DNA of 64,000 bases from Eledone cirrhosa (lineage: Eukaryota): positions 79,484,001-79,548,000 of the forward strand of contig OZ024740.1 in assembly GCA_964016885.1 (NCBI GenBank). The letters are read 5' to 3'. This document shows positions 1 through 12,202 of this stretch, piece after piece. Numbering within the stretch: position 1 is the stretch's first letter; every line of letters begins with the position of its first letter. A program made the position numbers and the translations under genes. Below the pieces are notes generated by a model. The model was not told the origin of the DNA. It worked only from the letters and a program-made list of their open reading frames with translations, and did no database searches.

Positions 1-474
1 ACATTGTTCTTGTATAATATTATATTGAAATATTTAAATTCAAATAGGAAACCTTTTAAATGGGTGGCTGGGTTTTAATCTGGTTGGTGTCAAAAGGGTT
101 AAACTTGTGCTGTGACAAGCACATGAATATTTTACATTATTCTTGCCGACAATGAAGTTTGTATATGACTAGTAGCCGAGAGCCTTTCTGAGCTAGTCAA
201 GTCAGTAATATATTTTATCCAATGGCATCTTTCCAGTCTAGAAACAAGGTTAATCTGTCATTTGGCATTTGTAGTAACCTAGCGACATTGTTGTACAGGG
301 AAACATGATTTTATAACATCAAACTGATTTTATTTTATTTTTCTCAGTAAATTTGTTTAAATCCTAGTTTGTTGAACCTGAGCCAAACTAATTAATTTTT
401 CAGAAACCAGTAATAGATGTCAACCTTGGATATTAAAGAAAACTTAATTATTCATGTAATTAATCAATTTTAAA

Positions 475-640
475 CTGTTATTTAGCCCTGGGTCAACCCT
501 GAAGAAGTAGACCTAACATCAAAGGCATTCCAGCTATGGCCATCAAGACTACGTTGTTTTTTTTGTTTTTTTTTTAAGATGATAGATGTGATTTGAGGAG
601 ATTCAGCTGTTATTTCTAGCAGGTTGAGTAACTATATGTA
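475..640 (+). repeat. Unclassified short interspersed repeat (TTTAGCCCNGGTCARCCCTGA...GATTTGAGGAGATT...GCTRTTTCTAGCAGG family)
   Basis: Similar degenerate segments recur near 2320, 13620 (inverted), 13870, 44150, 48390 and 49790 (inverted). Confidence 0.45.
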
Positions 641-781
641 GGTTCATGGTAAAGGTTGTTAGTTGTAAATAACCTGATTTCCTGTATTTTAGGAATTCTG
701 TCTTTATATTTTTACTTCCAATTTCCTTTTTGGGAATCTGCAATAACAAGAATTCATCATCGTTGGAACTCTGTACTAATA

Positions 782-1119
782 TGACCCAAATGTGCCATTT
801 CCTGTGTGTTGGTGTGACCCAAATGTGCCATTTCCTGTGTATTGGTGTGACCCAAATGTGCCATTTCCTGTGTATTGGTGTGACCCAAATGTGCCATTTC
901 CTGTGTATTGGTGTGACCCAAATGTGCCATTTCCTGTGTATTGGTATGACCCAAATGTGCCATTTCCTGTGTATTGGTGTGACCCAAATGTGCCATTTCC
1001 TGTGTATTCGTGTGACCCAAATGTGCCATTTCCTGTGTGTTCGTGTGGCCCAAATGTGCCATTTCCTGTGTGTTCGTGTGACCCAAATGTGCCATTTCCT
1101 ATGTCTTGGTGTGACCCAA
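782..1119. repeat. 33-bp minisatellite, about 10 copies (TGACCCAAATGTGCCATTTCCTGTGTATTGGTG)
   Basis: Near-perfect tandem units are directly visible. They generate the periodic 11-aa ORFs in the track. Confidence 0.97.
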
Positions 1120-1204
1120 CCTGCTGTTTTTTAACCACGTGTTGGGATGGTCTAGGCATCATCTTTTAAAAATTAAGTTAATAATCTAAAAATGTATAAT
1201 CTTA

Positions 1205-1763
1205 CTAGCAGTGGTACCCGGCGTTGCACGGGAAAAGGTATTGTGAAATATATAACCGCCTTAGCTAAGCTTAGTATTGCCACAACCACGGCTGGCAAAG
1301 AAGTAAGGGTCTGGTGGTTCATAAGTAAGCAACACTGTGGCTTAAAACTGTTTTGGGAATGAGTGTGAGATTTGTCTTGAGCAAGGGTAGCAGAATAACC
1401 GGAGGCAGCAGACAGCCATACAGACAGATATTATAAGGGCGCGTTCTGGACGCAGAGCGAATTTTAGGAAGTGACGTAATGCAAGCAGCCAGACGTACAG
1501 ACAGATATTATAAGGGCGCGATGTTAAATGTATGTATCTATCTAAAAAGAGAAAGACTAAGAATTATAGAGAGAGATCGCTAAATCACCTAATGCAGTCC
1601 CTAGGGCATTGAAAATTTGAAAATTTTTTTTGCTCAGAACACTCCCTGAAACAAGTATTACATGTGTAAAATTTGAAAACAGTCGGTTGGGTGCTTCTCT
1701 AGTTTTAGGTATTCAAACTCACACACACACACAGACAGACATCCTTAGTTTTATATATATAGA
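1205..1763 (-). mobile_element. Non-autonomous Helitron
   Basis: The minus strand reads A|TCTATATATAT...CCCGTGCAACGCCGGG hairpin...CTAG|T, giving a TC start, CTAG end and A/T insertion site. Its 5' part (about 1500-1763) is homologous to 13100-13362. Confidence 0.8.
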
Positions 1764-1796
1764 TTAATTTATCTTTGATTGATACTTAAACTTTTG

Positions 1797-2197
1797 ATTG
1801 TTTCTACATTTGGCAAAAGACCAGCAATATGAAGGGAAGGGAAATCTCGATTAAATCTACTCCAATGCATTATTGGTGTTTTAACCCATTAGCATTTAAA
1901 CTGGCTGTATCCAGCCAGAATCCTCTCGTCTCTTTCTATTCAAACCAGCTGTAACCAGCCACTCATACTGTTAAGGTATGTTAATTTCATAGATTTGATA
2001 TTATGTGGAGATATTATGTGAAAATACAATCGTAAATATAGAGTAATGTAAATGCTAAAGGGTTAATATATTGACCTCGTAAAGATGAAAGGCAAAGTAA
2101 CCTCAGCGGGAGTAGAACTGAGAATGTAAAGGGTTGTAACTATATGCTGCAAAGCATGTTGTCCAACGCTCTACTGATACTGCTAATCCAACACCCT
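1797..2197 (-). mobile_element. Degenerate SINE family A copy interrupted by a MITE
   Basis: Matches the reverse complement of the 17843-18033 SINE on both sides of the 1885-2062 insert. Confidence 0.7.
1885..2062. mobile_element. piggyBac-like MITE
   Basis: TTAA|CCCATTAGCATTT...AAATGCTAAAGGG|TTAA, giving TIRs starting CCC and a TTAA duplication. Homologous to 4085-4289, 43495-43708 and 45560-45757. Confidence 0.75.
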
Positions 2198-3127
2198 AGA
2201 CTTTTAATTAATAAAAGTAGTTTGTGGTAATTAGAACAAATCTAGACTGGCTGTTTGATATATTGTTTTTAAAACAAGTTTTGGAAGTTGTCATTTCTTA
2301 TTCAAAAATTTTTTTTTGTCATTTAGGCCCTAGGTCAGCCATGTTTGGTCAGAAGCTATGGTTATCAAAGACGTTCTTCAAAACATGACTGTTTAATATA
2401 TTTTCTCGACTACTAAACCTTGTTGGTGTTAGGAAGGCATCCAGCTGTAAAATACCCAGCCAAATTTACTGCCTTCACCGGAGCAAGGTGTGACACATGG
2501 CCAACCCTGGTCAGATTTGTATCTTGTCACGAACAACCTGTCTAACCCATTGCAAGCATGGAAAAAATTGACGTTAAATGGAAATGTTGATAACTGATTG
2601 TCTAGATACATTTTCTATTACGTTTAAGATGGTAGAATGTGATTTGAGAAAGATGTAGCTACTATTTCTAGAAAGTTAATCTTCTATGTAGAAGTAAAAA
2701 AAGTCAACTGTTATTTTCTCATAATATTTGCAACAACCTGTGTATTCAAACAGTTATGCTGTCATCATTGTTTTTGCACCTGTGTTACCAAACTGGCATG
2801 AATTAGAGGTATTGATCTTAATACATTGAGACACCAAGTTGTGGGATATTGATTATGCAGTACATATAGTCACCAGCTTGCTAAGGTGTCAATTTGAAGC
2901 AAAAACACATGCATACATGCGTACACACATACATGTATATGTGTTAGACCTCCATAAAGTCTGACAGTTTCAATTTGATCAGTCGACTCATGAAATAAAT
3001 GTGAAAATGGCTGAGCATTCCACAGACATGTTTACGTATAATGTAATTCTCAGGGAGATTCAGCTAAGTGGACTGTAGCACTGTGAAATACAGTGTCTTA
3101 CTCAGTAATACAAACACACGCACGCGC

Positions 3128-3222
3128 GCGGTGTCCCAAAAAATGTATACACACTTCAACAGTATTCTAATAAATATTTCCTGTACAGGTAATCAGTGTG
3201 TGTACATTTTTGGGGGACATTG
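3128..3222. mobile_element. Short Tc1/mariner-like MITE, eroded
   Basis: GTGTCCCAAAAAATGTATACAC...GTGTGTACATTTTTGGGGGACA inverted ends. A second copy lies at 59068-59164. Confidence 0.6.
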
Positions 3223-3957
3223 TTTCTGTGTGTGCATGTGTGTATAGAACACTGGTGGGTTATATACTTAGTAGTAGAGCACTCAGTCCATGGGATGAGT
3301 TTGGTAGTAGTTCCACAACAGATAATTCACCATATCCGAGAACAATTTGTTTCTCCTTTAAACCGAGCTGATGATCCCTCTAAGGTGAAAAAAATTGTTC
3401 TCAGAAATGGTGAATTAACTGTTGTGGAACTACTTGTACATATTTATATATGAGAGAGAGATCCATTTCTGTATACCAATTATACTTAAAAGGTATTGAA
3501 GCTAGAGGTGCCACTTGGTGAGATGGAACCTAAAACCTCATGATTGTGAAGCAAACTTCCTCAACTACACAGCCATGCTTATGTCATAGCAGCCTCACTT
3601 TATAACAATCATGTTTCATCTGTATTCTATTCCTTAGCTGGCACTGATTCTTTCTACTTCTTTCTACCTAACCAGAATGGTTAGCTACATAAAATGTTAA
3701 TATTCATATCTTGGCACCTGTTAACTAACTCACATATGCTGTAAATCTTGTCTGTGGTCTACTGCACTCGATTATTCTATATAATGTTTACTACTTATTA
3801 TCAGCTAACAATCAAAATTGAAAGAATGTGTATAGTATGTAACTCCACCCAGATGAAACATTTGATAAGATTAATGTAATTTCATGCCATCCATCCTCTC
3901 AATGCTACTACATCACTAGAAAATAAAACACTGCATTTCTGAAATTTACTAGATTAA

Positions 3958-4368
3958 CCCTTTCATGGCTGCATTTCTAATGAAATACACTCTATTTTAA
4001 TTAATTAATGAAGAATTTTGAGGTATTTACTAAAATGCATTGTTTAATTGAAGTTCTTAGTTATGTTGGAAGATTTTAATTTAACCCTTTAGCATTTAAA
4101 CTGGCCATATCCGGCCAGAATTCTTGCACCTCTTTCTGTTCAAAGAGGTCGTTACCAGCTACTCATATTTTCGTTAAGATATTATTCTCAAAATAAATAT
4201 CAAAATCTCATCAATTCAATATTATGTGAGGTAAAGCCTTTACTGTGAAAATATAATAGTATATATAAAGTAATGCAAATGCTTAAGGGTTAAATTGGAA
4301 ACCTTAAAAATGGATGATTTTATTTCATAGAACCAGAGCTGGTTTTGGCTGGGCTGGTAACTAAAGGG
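3958..4368. mobile_element. Older TTAA-CCCTTT MITE containing a nested MITE
   Basis: TTAA|CCCTTT at 3954-3963 and AAAGGG|TTAA at 4363-4372. Related ends occur near 95, 7090, 13590, 30180 and 62415. Confidence 0.55.
4085..4289. mobile_element. piggyBac-like MITE, nested
   Basis: TTAA|CCCTTTAGCATTT...AAATGCTTAAGGG|TTAA. Confidence 0.75.
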
Positions 4369-4848
4369 TTAAAGTGTATAATTCTTCCACTGGTTTTAGT
4401 CATTAGACAGTGGCCAAGTTGGGGCACTGCCTGGAAAGACCCCAGTACTTATTATTTCCAAGGCTTGTACTTATTTAACCAATATCTTTGTTGGACAGAT
4501 GTGCACATGCACGCATGTATGCATGTGGCAGGCGTCTCAAAATTTCTGTCTACTAAATTTCACAAAACATTAGTCAACCCAATGCTATAATAGAAAACAC
4601 TTGCCCAAAGTTCTCACAGTGGGACTCAACCCAAAACCATGTGGTTGTGAAGCAAATGCTTTAACACAGCTATGTCAGTCTAATAGATAATGATGATGAT
4701 AAGGACACAGCAATTTTCAAAGTGGGTGTTTTGGCTGATAAATTAGTTTCCTTACTGGTTAAGTTACTTCCATTCCTAGGACATTTTGACAGCATGGAAA
4801 GCAGATGTAAAACAGTGATGATAATTTCACACCAAGTATCTCTATTAC

Positions 4849-4902
4849 TTTCTTTCTCTTTATTTCTTTCTCTTTCACTCTCTCTCTCTCTCACTCTCTC
4901 TC

Positions 4903-4945
<43 letters not shown>

Positions 4946-4946
4946 A

Positions 4947-4979
<33 letters not shown>

Positions 4980-5042
4980 TTCTTTCTCTCTCTCTTTCTT
5001 TCTCTCTCTCTCTCTTTCTCTCTCTCTCTTTCTCTCTCTCTC
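4849..5042. repeat. (CT)n/(CTTT) microsatellite
   Basis: Directly visible. It explains the RE-rich and LS-rich ORFs at 4670-5075. Confidence 0.97.
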
Positions 5043-5818
5043 AACCTATATGATCTCAAAGTACAGCTCGCTTAAAGCGAAGAAATAAGATAGAAAAACA
5101 ATCTCTAGTAGACATATAATGTACTTCTATTATCACAGTACTGTGGCAAAGACATATTTGTTTCTATGATCAGGCAGTGTTGAAAATATTGCCAATCGTG
5201 TGAGCTTCACTGACCATTATGGAAAAATGCAAACAGTCAGTCAGTTACAGAATGCTGGACATACAACTGACCACTAAGATAGACAAACCCCATGGAACAA
5301 ATAGCAAGTGGTCACATGAAACTTACCAGGGCATATAAATGTACTACTATGATCAGATTTATATGCTGCGGGTCTTTCATAGTGCTTAACATGGAATTAA
5401 ATTCCTATGGGCATTCCTCATCATATATCCAGTTTTCCATACTGGCATGAGTTGGACATTATCTATATAATCTATATAGATAATTGTCTATTACCTATTT
5501 AGCAATGAGATCCGATTTCATCTAAGCAAAATATAACCCACTGTGTATAGGATGTCTGTGACAAGCAAATATTTTTTCAGAGATCTGTTATGGATGTATA
5601 ATTCAAATTGGCTATATCCAATCAGCCAACTTTTTGTCATATTAATTAATTCTAAGCTGCAGTATGTTAGGCATGTTTAGTGTCGTGTTATAGGAAATAT
5701 TTCCAATAGTTTTTTTTTTTATTTTTATGGCTGTAATGGAATACAATTATTGTTTTGTAGCAGCATAGATAGTTATTAACAAGGTGATATAGTAAATAAA
5801 CTATTTAACAAGGTGATT

Positions 5819-6090
5819 AGGCACATGGTCTTGTGGTAAGGGTGTTCAACTTATGATCATAATGTCATGGGTTTGATTCCTGGATTGGGTAGTGTGTTGT
5901 GTTCTCGAGCAAAACGCTTCATTTCATGTTGCTCCAGTATACTCAGCTGACAATGAGTACCACAATGGCTGGGGGGTTTGACCCTGCAATGGACTTGTGT
6001 CCTGTCAAGGGGGAAGTCTTGTACTCTGTCACTTCACACCATGAAACCAGGATAAACACCAGCCTGATAAGCCTCCAGGCTTGAGACAGA
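5819..6090 (+). mobile_element. Degenerate tRNA-head SINE related to family B
   Basis: GGCACATGG..GTGGTAAG A-box-like and GGTTTGATTCC B-box-like motifs, then the CTYGAGCAARACRCTT...GCTCCAGT..ACTCAGCTG core shared with 24716-25045. Confidence 0.6.
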
Positions 6091-7385
6091 CCTTAGAAAA
6101 TTTTAGGCTTTAAACACAGTAAATAATGCATGGCTAAATGTTTTAGCAGTTTATTTTACAATCGTGAGATTCTGGGTTTGATCTCACTACATGGAATCAT
6201 GGACAAGTGTTTTTAAGTCATAGCTTTTCAGTGAAATTGGGTAGATAAAAACATAATCAATGGGTTAGTCATGTTGCATAGAAATCAGAATTATGTTAAA
6301 AGTACACCTATCTGTGAAAGTCAGCCACTTACACATTAATTTGATGAGCAGGCCAGTCAATGGATCAATCAACTGGAATACTCTAAAACAAAGTTCTCAA
6401 CGGGGGGCGTTTGGAGCTGGATTATTGCTTTACCTTTCAAAAGAATGAATTTGATTTTGGTGGGATTTGAACTCTGGAGTCAGAACTGGAAGAAATATCA
6501 CAAAGCATTTGTCCTACCTTCTAAAAAACCTGCTAATTCACTATCTACAATATGATAAGAATGAGGTGACTATATGATTAACAGGAGTGAGGGTTTTTGT
6601 TTTTATATTTCCATATAAATTATTATTGATTAGGGTGAGTCAAGCAGGTGATCTAACATGAAAGATATTTTTAATAAGAGTTTGTACTTGACTAACCTGA
6701 TAAAATGTTATGCATTTTCACTTTCGCAGAAATATTTGACTGGTTAATCAAATATCTTTAAAGATATTTTGTTAAACATCTAGAATGTTTCATTATGACT
6801 AAAGCTGGATGTAATCAGTCCTTTTGTTTTGCTAGCCTTCATTCACCACCATCACAACCCAGACTGTTACTGATCAACAAAGCCTACTCATTAATTGCAA
6901 AATATGTAAGGTACGTCTACATGGATTTGGAAATAAAGCAGTTTTAGTTATCTTTTAATCATAGAGAAAAATATTTTGTGTAAAATGTTAGATTGAAGAG
7001 AGAGGGCTGCACTAGCACAGGGTTGTTATCTTGATAACAAATAATTTATGGAAGTACTGTTTCTAAAATTAGAAATATGTTTCTCCCTTTTAACCCTTTT
7101 CATAAAAACCCACATGGGATTGATTCTAATTTTATGATAGAAAACACCACTTTAATGAAAAATGCATTTTACTAAATGTTACTTTTATTGAAAGGCCGAT
7201 GTGGCTGTATGGTTAAGAAATTCACTTCACAACCATATGGTTTCAGGTTAATGGCACTGTGGGCAGTGTCTTTTATTCCATCTGGCCAATACCTTGAGGG
7301 AAGTTGGTAGATGGAAACTGAGGAAGAGTGTGTGATTCCACATATGTCTAAATATCAACACCATTTTAAGCAACCATTTAACACA

Positions 7386-7428
<43 letters not shown>

Positions 7429-8333
7429 GCATTCTTACCTATCCTATTTCAAATGAAGGATATCCTGTTAAAAAAAAATGATGGAAATATTCTTATTTGT
7501 TGTCTCTGCCTATGTGGAACAGCACTTCCTGGGTTTTAGTTTTACTGTCTATTGTTTTGATAAAAGTGTTATGATGTCAGAGGGTGTGGTGGTAAAATAA
7601 TCTTTCTCGCTCTCTCTCTCTTACATTCTTTTGTACTTTGCACAGAAAATATAAAGCCTGTAAAGTTTTGACTACTAACAATGGTAATTTTGTATTCCAT
7701 GCATACACTATAAACTTTGCCACACAATTATGTATTCATTTGATCACATCTGCATTCACAATTGAGAAATTACCTTATACAATAAATATATATGTCCACA
7801 AACATTTGACTAAACTTTATTTGTTCCAATCTAATATATGTTTAATGCAGCCTAAAGCCTTCTTATATTATATCTAACTTTGAGTCAAAATAGATAGAAG
7901 ATATCTGAATTAATTTCCAATACCACCGTCACATCTTCTACACTATCAGCTGATTTGCATTTTTTGCACCTTTTAGTATGGCGTATATTTAAATATATTT
8001 ACATTACCAATAATATTTAATACGACCCTAAAGTAGTATATGCAGGAAGTGCTGGACTCTGAAAAAAATTTCTTCTAGTTGTTTATAAATTTGCACCTTT
8101 TTCAGCAACCCCTAATATTTTAATATTATTATAAGACTTTAAATAATGTTTGCCATCCTAAAATGGAGAAATTTCAATTTTAAAAAATTAAAATTTTTTT
8201 TAACTAGTTAAGTTTTTCCAAATATCTAAAATTAAAGTTAATTTAAGTATTTTTTGTAATTAAAAAAACTGTTAATTTCTCTTGTTTATTAATGTCATAT
8301 TAAAAATGTTAACTGTAGATAAATAGCATTGAT

Positions 8334-10217
8334 ATGATGTCTACTGCAAAGAAGCTGAAGTTAGATACCAGCAGTAAGGTTAGACAGTGGTGTGATGATT
8401 ATGTTAGACATGGATTTCAAAAAGCTGACACTAAAAAAGATACACCAGATCAGCCCATGTGTTTGCTATGTTCAAAAGTTCTATCAAATAGCTGTTTAAA
8501 TCCTGCAAAACTTAAAAGACACCTTGATACTAATCACACCAATGATAAAAGCAAGTCACTGGAATACTTTACTTCGCTGAAAAACAACATAAAAAATCAC
8601 AAGCTATGTATGACTTGTTTTATAAAAAGTCAGATAGAAATAAAGCTTTAACAAGAACATCTTTTGAGATTTCACATTTGATTGGTAAAAACAAGAAACC
8701 ATTTACATTAGGAGAACAGTTAATTCTGCCAAGTATAAAAATTGCTACAGAGAATCTTTTTGAAAGCTGCAGTATTAAGGACAAAGAAAAATTAAGCCAG
8801 TTACCATTGTCAGCAAATACTGTAAAAAGAAGGATAATTGATATTTTTTCTGATATAGAAAATCAGATACTAACTGCACTAAAGAAAAGCCCATGTTTTG
8901 GTCTGCAAGTGGATGAAACTACGGATATTAATAACAAGGCTCAATTAATTTGCTATGTATGGTTTGTAGACCTTGATAAAAAAGAATTAGTAGAAGAGTA
9001 TTTGTTTTGTCTGGCATTAGACATCACAACTAAAGGTCAAGATATATTCAATAAAATTGAAGAGTATTTTTTAAAAAACGGTGTATCTTGGAGCAAGTTG
9101 ACTTCAATAACAACAGATGGAGCAGCTGCAATGACTGGTAAAAATTCTAGTTTGATTGCAAAAATTAAAGAACAGACCCCAAATTGTATTTCAAATCATT
9201 GTATGATTCATCGAGAGGTTTTGTGTTCAAAAAAATTCAAAGACAGAGATGCTCAAATATTAAATGACCAGCTGAAAGACATTGTCAAAATTATCAATTT
9301 GATCCATGCAAGAGCAAAAATTCTAGAATGTTTGAATCTATTTGTGAATCTTCTGGAAGTAATTATAATAGATTGTTATTGAACAATGATGTGCGTTGGC
9401 TGTCTTTTGGGGATGCTATGAAGAGAGTTTTTGAACTGAGAGAAGAAATAATAGTTTTTCTAAAAAAGCAGAATGATGAAAGAGCAAGTGTATTAGAAAC
9501 CAATGAATGGAATGTGCAACTTGCTTATTTAGTAGACATTTTTGGTGAACTGAACAAACTAAATAAGTGTCTTCAGGGTAATAATGCAGATATTTTTACT
9601 TCAATCAATTTTATTACATATTTTCAATCAAAATTAAACATCTTTATAAAAAGAATTTAATCGGACAATTACTCATTACTTTCAAACCTTGAAATAGAGC
9701 TTAAAAAGAGAGATTTTGACTCCAGCAATCTAAAGAAGATTATTCTTTCTCATTTAAATGTGCTTTCCACAAGTTTTTCAGATTATTTTGACTTGATGGA
9801 AAAAGATATTGTTAGCGGAAATTTATGGATAAAAACCCGTTCACCGAGATCGAGCAGTTAGTGTCAGAAAATGATGCTGGAAATTGTAAAAATTTACTAC
9901 CTGCACAATGCTTACATCAGTTGATGGATTTGAATTCAAACGAAGTGATATTCGAAAGCAGAAAGAAAGAACTATGGATTGACTTATTCTTGATTGTGGA
10001 GTTTAATGAAATCAGCGAACTTCCATTGAAGTATTTGGCTTTATTCCATCTAGCTATTTGTGCGAAAAAGGGTTTTCGCAGTTGGTGGAATAAACTGTCA
10101 GCAATTGACGAGTGTATGAGACTGGCATTAACTAGTGTTGAACCTCGATTTTCTAAACTCACTGATGAGGCGCAGCAGCAGAAAAGCCATTGTGTTCGAT
10201 TACATACATATGCATGA
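8334..10217 (+). pseudogene. Frameshifted hAT transposase, Buster/Charlie (ZBED5/SCAND3-like) group
   Basis: Consecutive ORFs give a BED finger (CLLC...LKRHLDTNH), LPLSANTVKRRI, LQVDETTD, TTDGAAAM, HCMIHRE, VRWLS and LAYLVDIF, then a degenerate C-terminal region. There are at least three disruptions. Confidence 0.93.
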
Positions 10218-10274
10218 AACACTAAAATAAATAAATACTTTATTATTTTTTTTGAAAAGTTTTGTATTGTATAG

Positions 10275-10337
10275 GTTCCGTGAAGATTTCAAAATATTTA
10301 GAGGGTTCCTCGGTTTTAGAAAGGTTGGCGTCCACTG
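10275..10337 (+). mobile_element. Right end/TIR of the hAT element
   Basis: GGTTCC...AAAGGTTGGCGTCCACTG followed by CTGTAAGG, an nnnTAnnn target typical of Buster/Charlie. I did not find a matching left TIR. Confidence 0.65.
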
Positions 10338-10535
10338 CTGTAAGGGACATTTTTCTTAATTAATATACCTGGTGAGGTTGATGCAAATTAATGCAAAGTC
10401 TTTGGTTTCATTTCAATACAGCTATGTATATGTGTGTGTGTGTGTGTATATATATTCACTCTTTTACTCTTTTACCTGTTCCAGTCATCTGACTGAGGCC
10501 ATTCTGGGGCACTGCTCCCTCTCTCTATATATATA

Positions 10536-11086
10536 TTTAGCAGTATGGTTATTGAGTAGTCGCCACATTAGCAGGGTGGTAGAATCAGTGGTCGTTAGTT
10601 GCCAGTGTGGTAAGTGATAGTATCCTCGTTGGATTATCTTGTTGACATAGACGTGAGGGAAGGTCCCTCGATCTATTTAGCATCTATTTACAATATTCCT
10701 TTCGTCAGGTCGCCAATTCCAGCAGCATGGATTAAAGATGTTATCGAGACACGAGTAACATAATAACGTTTTTTAACAGCAGCCATTAGAGATGAAATGT
10801 TTGTTTATTTATATGGTTGAAGTTACAGATAAAAAGAGGTTACAAAAGGGAATGTGCCATTGCACTGTTAAGCCGGCGAGGCTAGGGGTGCAATATCTCA
10901 CTGTTACATTATGCGTGTTGCTGGCTTGAAGTTTCCGGTACAAGCTAGAGATTCTTCAAATCTTCGCGGGGAAATTCTTCCTCAGGGCGCGTAGGGATAC
11001 ATCCTCTTCTACTGGCGCTGATTGGCTGAACTGAGCCAAATCACGCACAGAGAATGTATGTGAGCCGCGGAATGTAGGTCACTACA
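10536..11086 (-). mobile_element. Candidate solo LTR inserted in (TA)n
   Basis: A 551-bp, more GC/CpG-rich island. The minus strand starts TGTAGTG, ends CTGCTAAA (one change from CTACA) and has an internal AATAAA. It is flanked by TATAT. Confidence 0.45.
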
Positions 11087-11364
11087 TATATATTTTTTTT
11101 TTTTTTTTTTTTAGAAAAATGGAGTTTTGTTTACAAGTAAATTTTTTTTTTGTGTGTTTCGCAGAGCATTGACTTAGGGTGACCTCTAGAAGATATGAAC
11201 CACATATACTATATATATTTATATATATATAGCTGTATACATATCAATTAACCTTCAGCTAACATCTGATCCCTGCATGTTTGGTGTCAACTTTCATGAA
11301 CATGACTGACTGCCCACTCAAGTATAAATAAATACGATGGATGTCGTAGTGGGTTTCCTATATA

Positions 11365-11401
<37 letters not shown>

Positions 11402-11404
<3 letters not shown>

Positions 11405-11690
11405 TTCGATTGTCAGCACAGGTCATTCGTTGTGCCCTTGAGCAAGACTTTATTTTCGCATTGCTCCAGTTCACTCAGCTGTAGAAATGAGTTGCAATGT
11501 CACTGGTGCCAAGCTGTATCGGCCATTGCCTTTCCCTTGGACAACACTGGTGGCATGGAGAGGGGAGACTGGTATGCTTATGCATGGGCCTGCTGGTCTT
11601 CCACAAACAACCTTACCAGGACTTGTACCTTGGAGAACTTTCTAGGTGCAAATTCCATGGTCATTTGTGGCTGAAGGGGGGTCTTTACTC
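11402..11690 (+). mobile_element. 5'-truncated SINE sharing the family B core, with a different 3' half
   Basis: GAGTTCGATT B-box, then GTGCCCTTGAGCAAGAC...GCTCCAGTTCACTCAGCTGTAGAAATGAG. Confidence 0.6.
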
Positions 11691-11997
11691 CCTATATAGA
11701 CATATATATATATATATATATGCATATATATACACACACTAAAAAAAAAAAAGGTTTGTAATAAGAATTATTAAACTAAAAACTTGGTTTTATACACTTT
11801 TTATGTATAAAATACTACAATTAGCTGTCATTTTTTATGGCACAGGGCCAGCTAGTATTTAGAATAAATGGCCATTGCCTATAATTTTCCAAACATTTTT
11901 AAAATCAATACTGTGGAAGAATTTAGTAATGGAAAAAATTTTTATATGTGGTGTTTGAAGTATAGCTTAATGATTCTTACATGAAATTATGGTGGAA

Positions 11998-12028
<31 letters not shown>

Positions 12029-12202
12029 GATAAATACTAGCAGAATGGCCTGGCGTTGCTTGGGATTTGCTCTAGGGTTCTTATATATTTGATATATATT
12101 TATCCTTTTCGAGCCTCGTGAAATAAATACGTTTTTTTATATTTTGTTATTGTGTATGCAAAAATATCTGTACACGAATATATAATTATATATATATATA
12201 TA

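Noticed and set aside
4670-5075. RE-rich and LS-rich ORFs
   Set aside because: They are translations of a (CT)n microsatellite.
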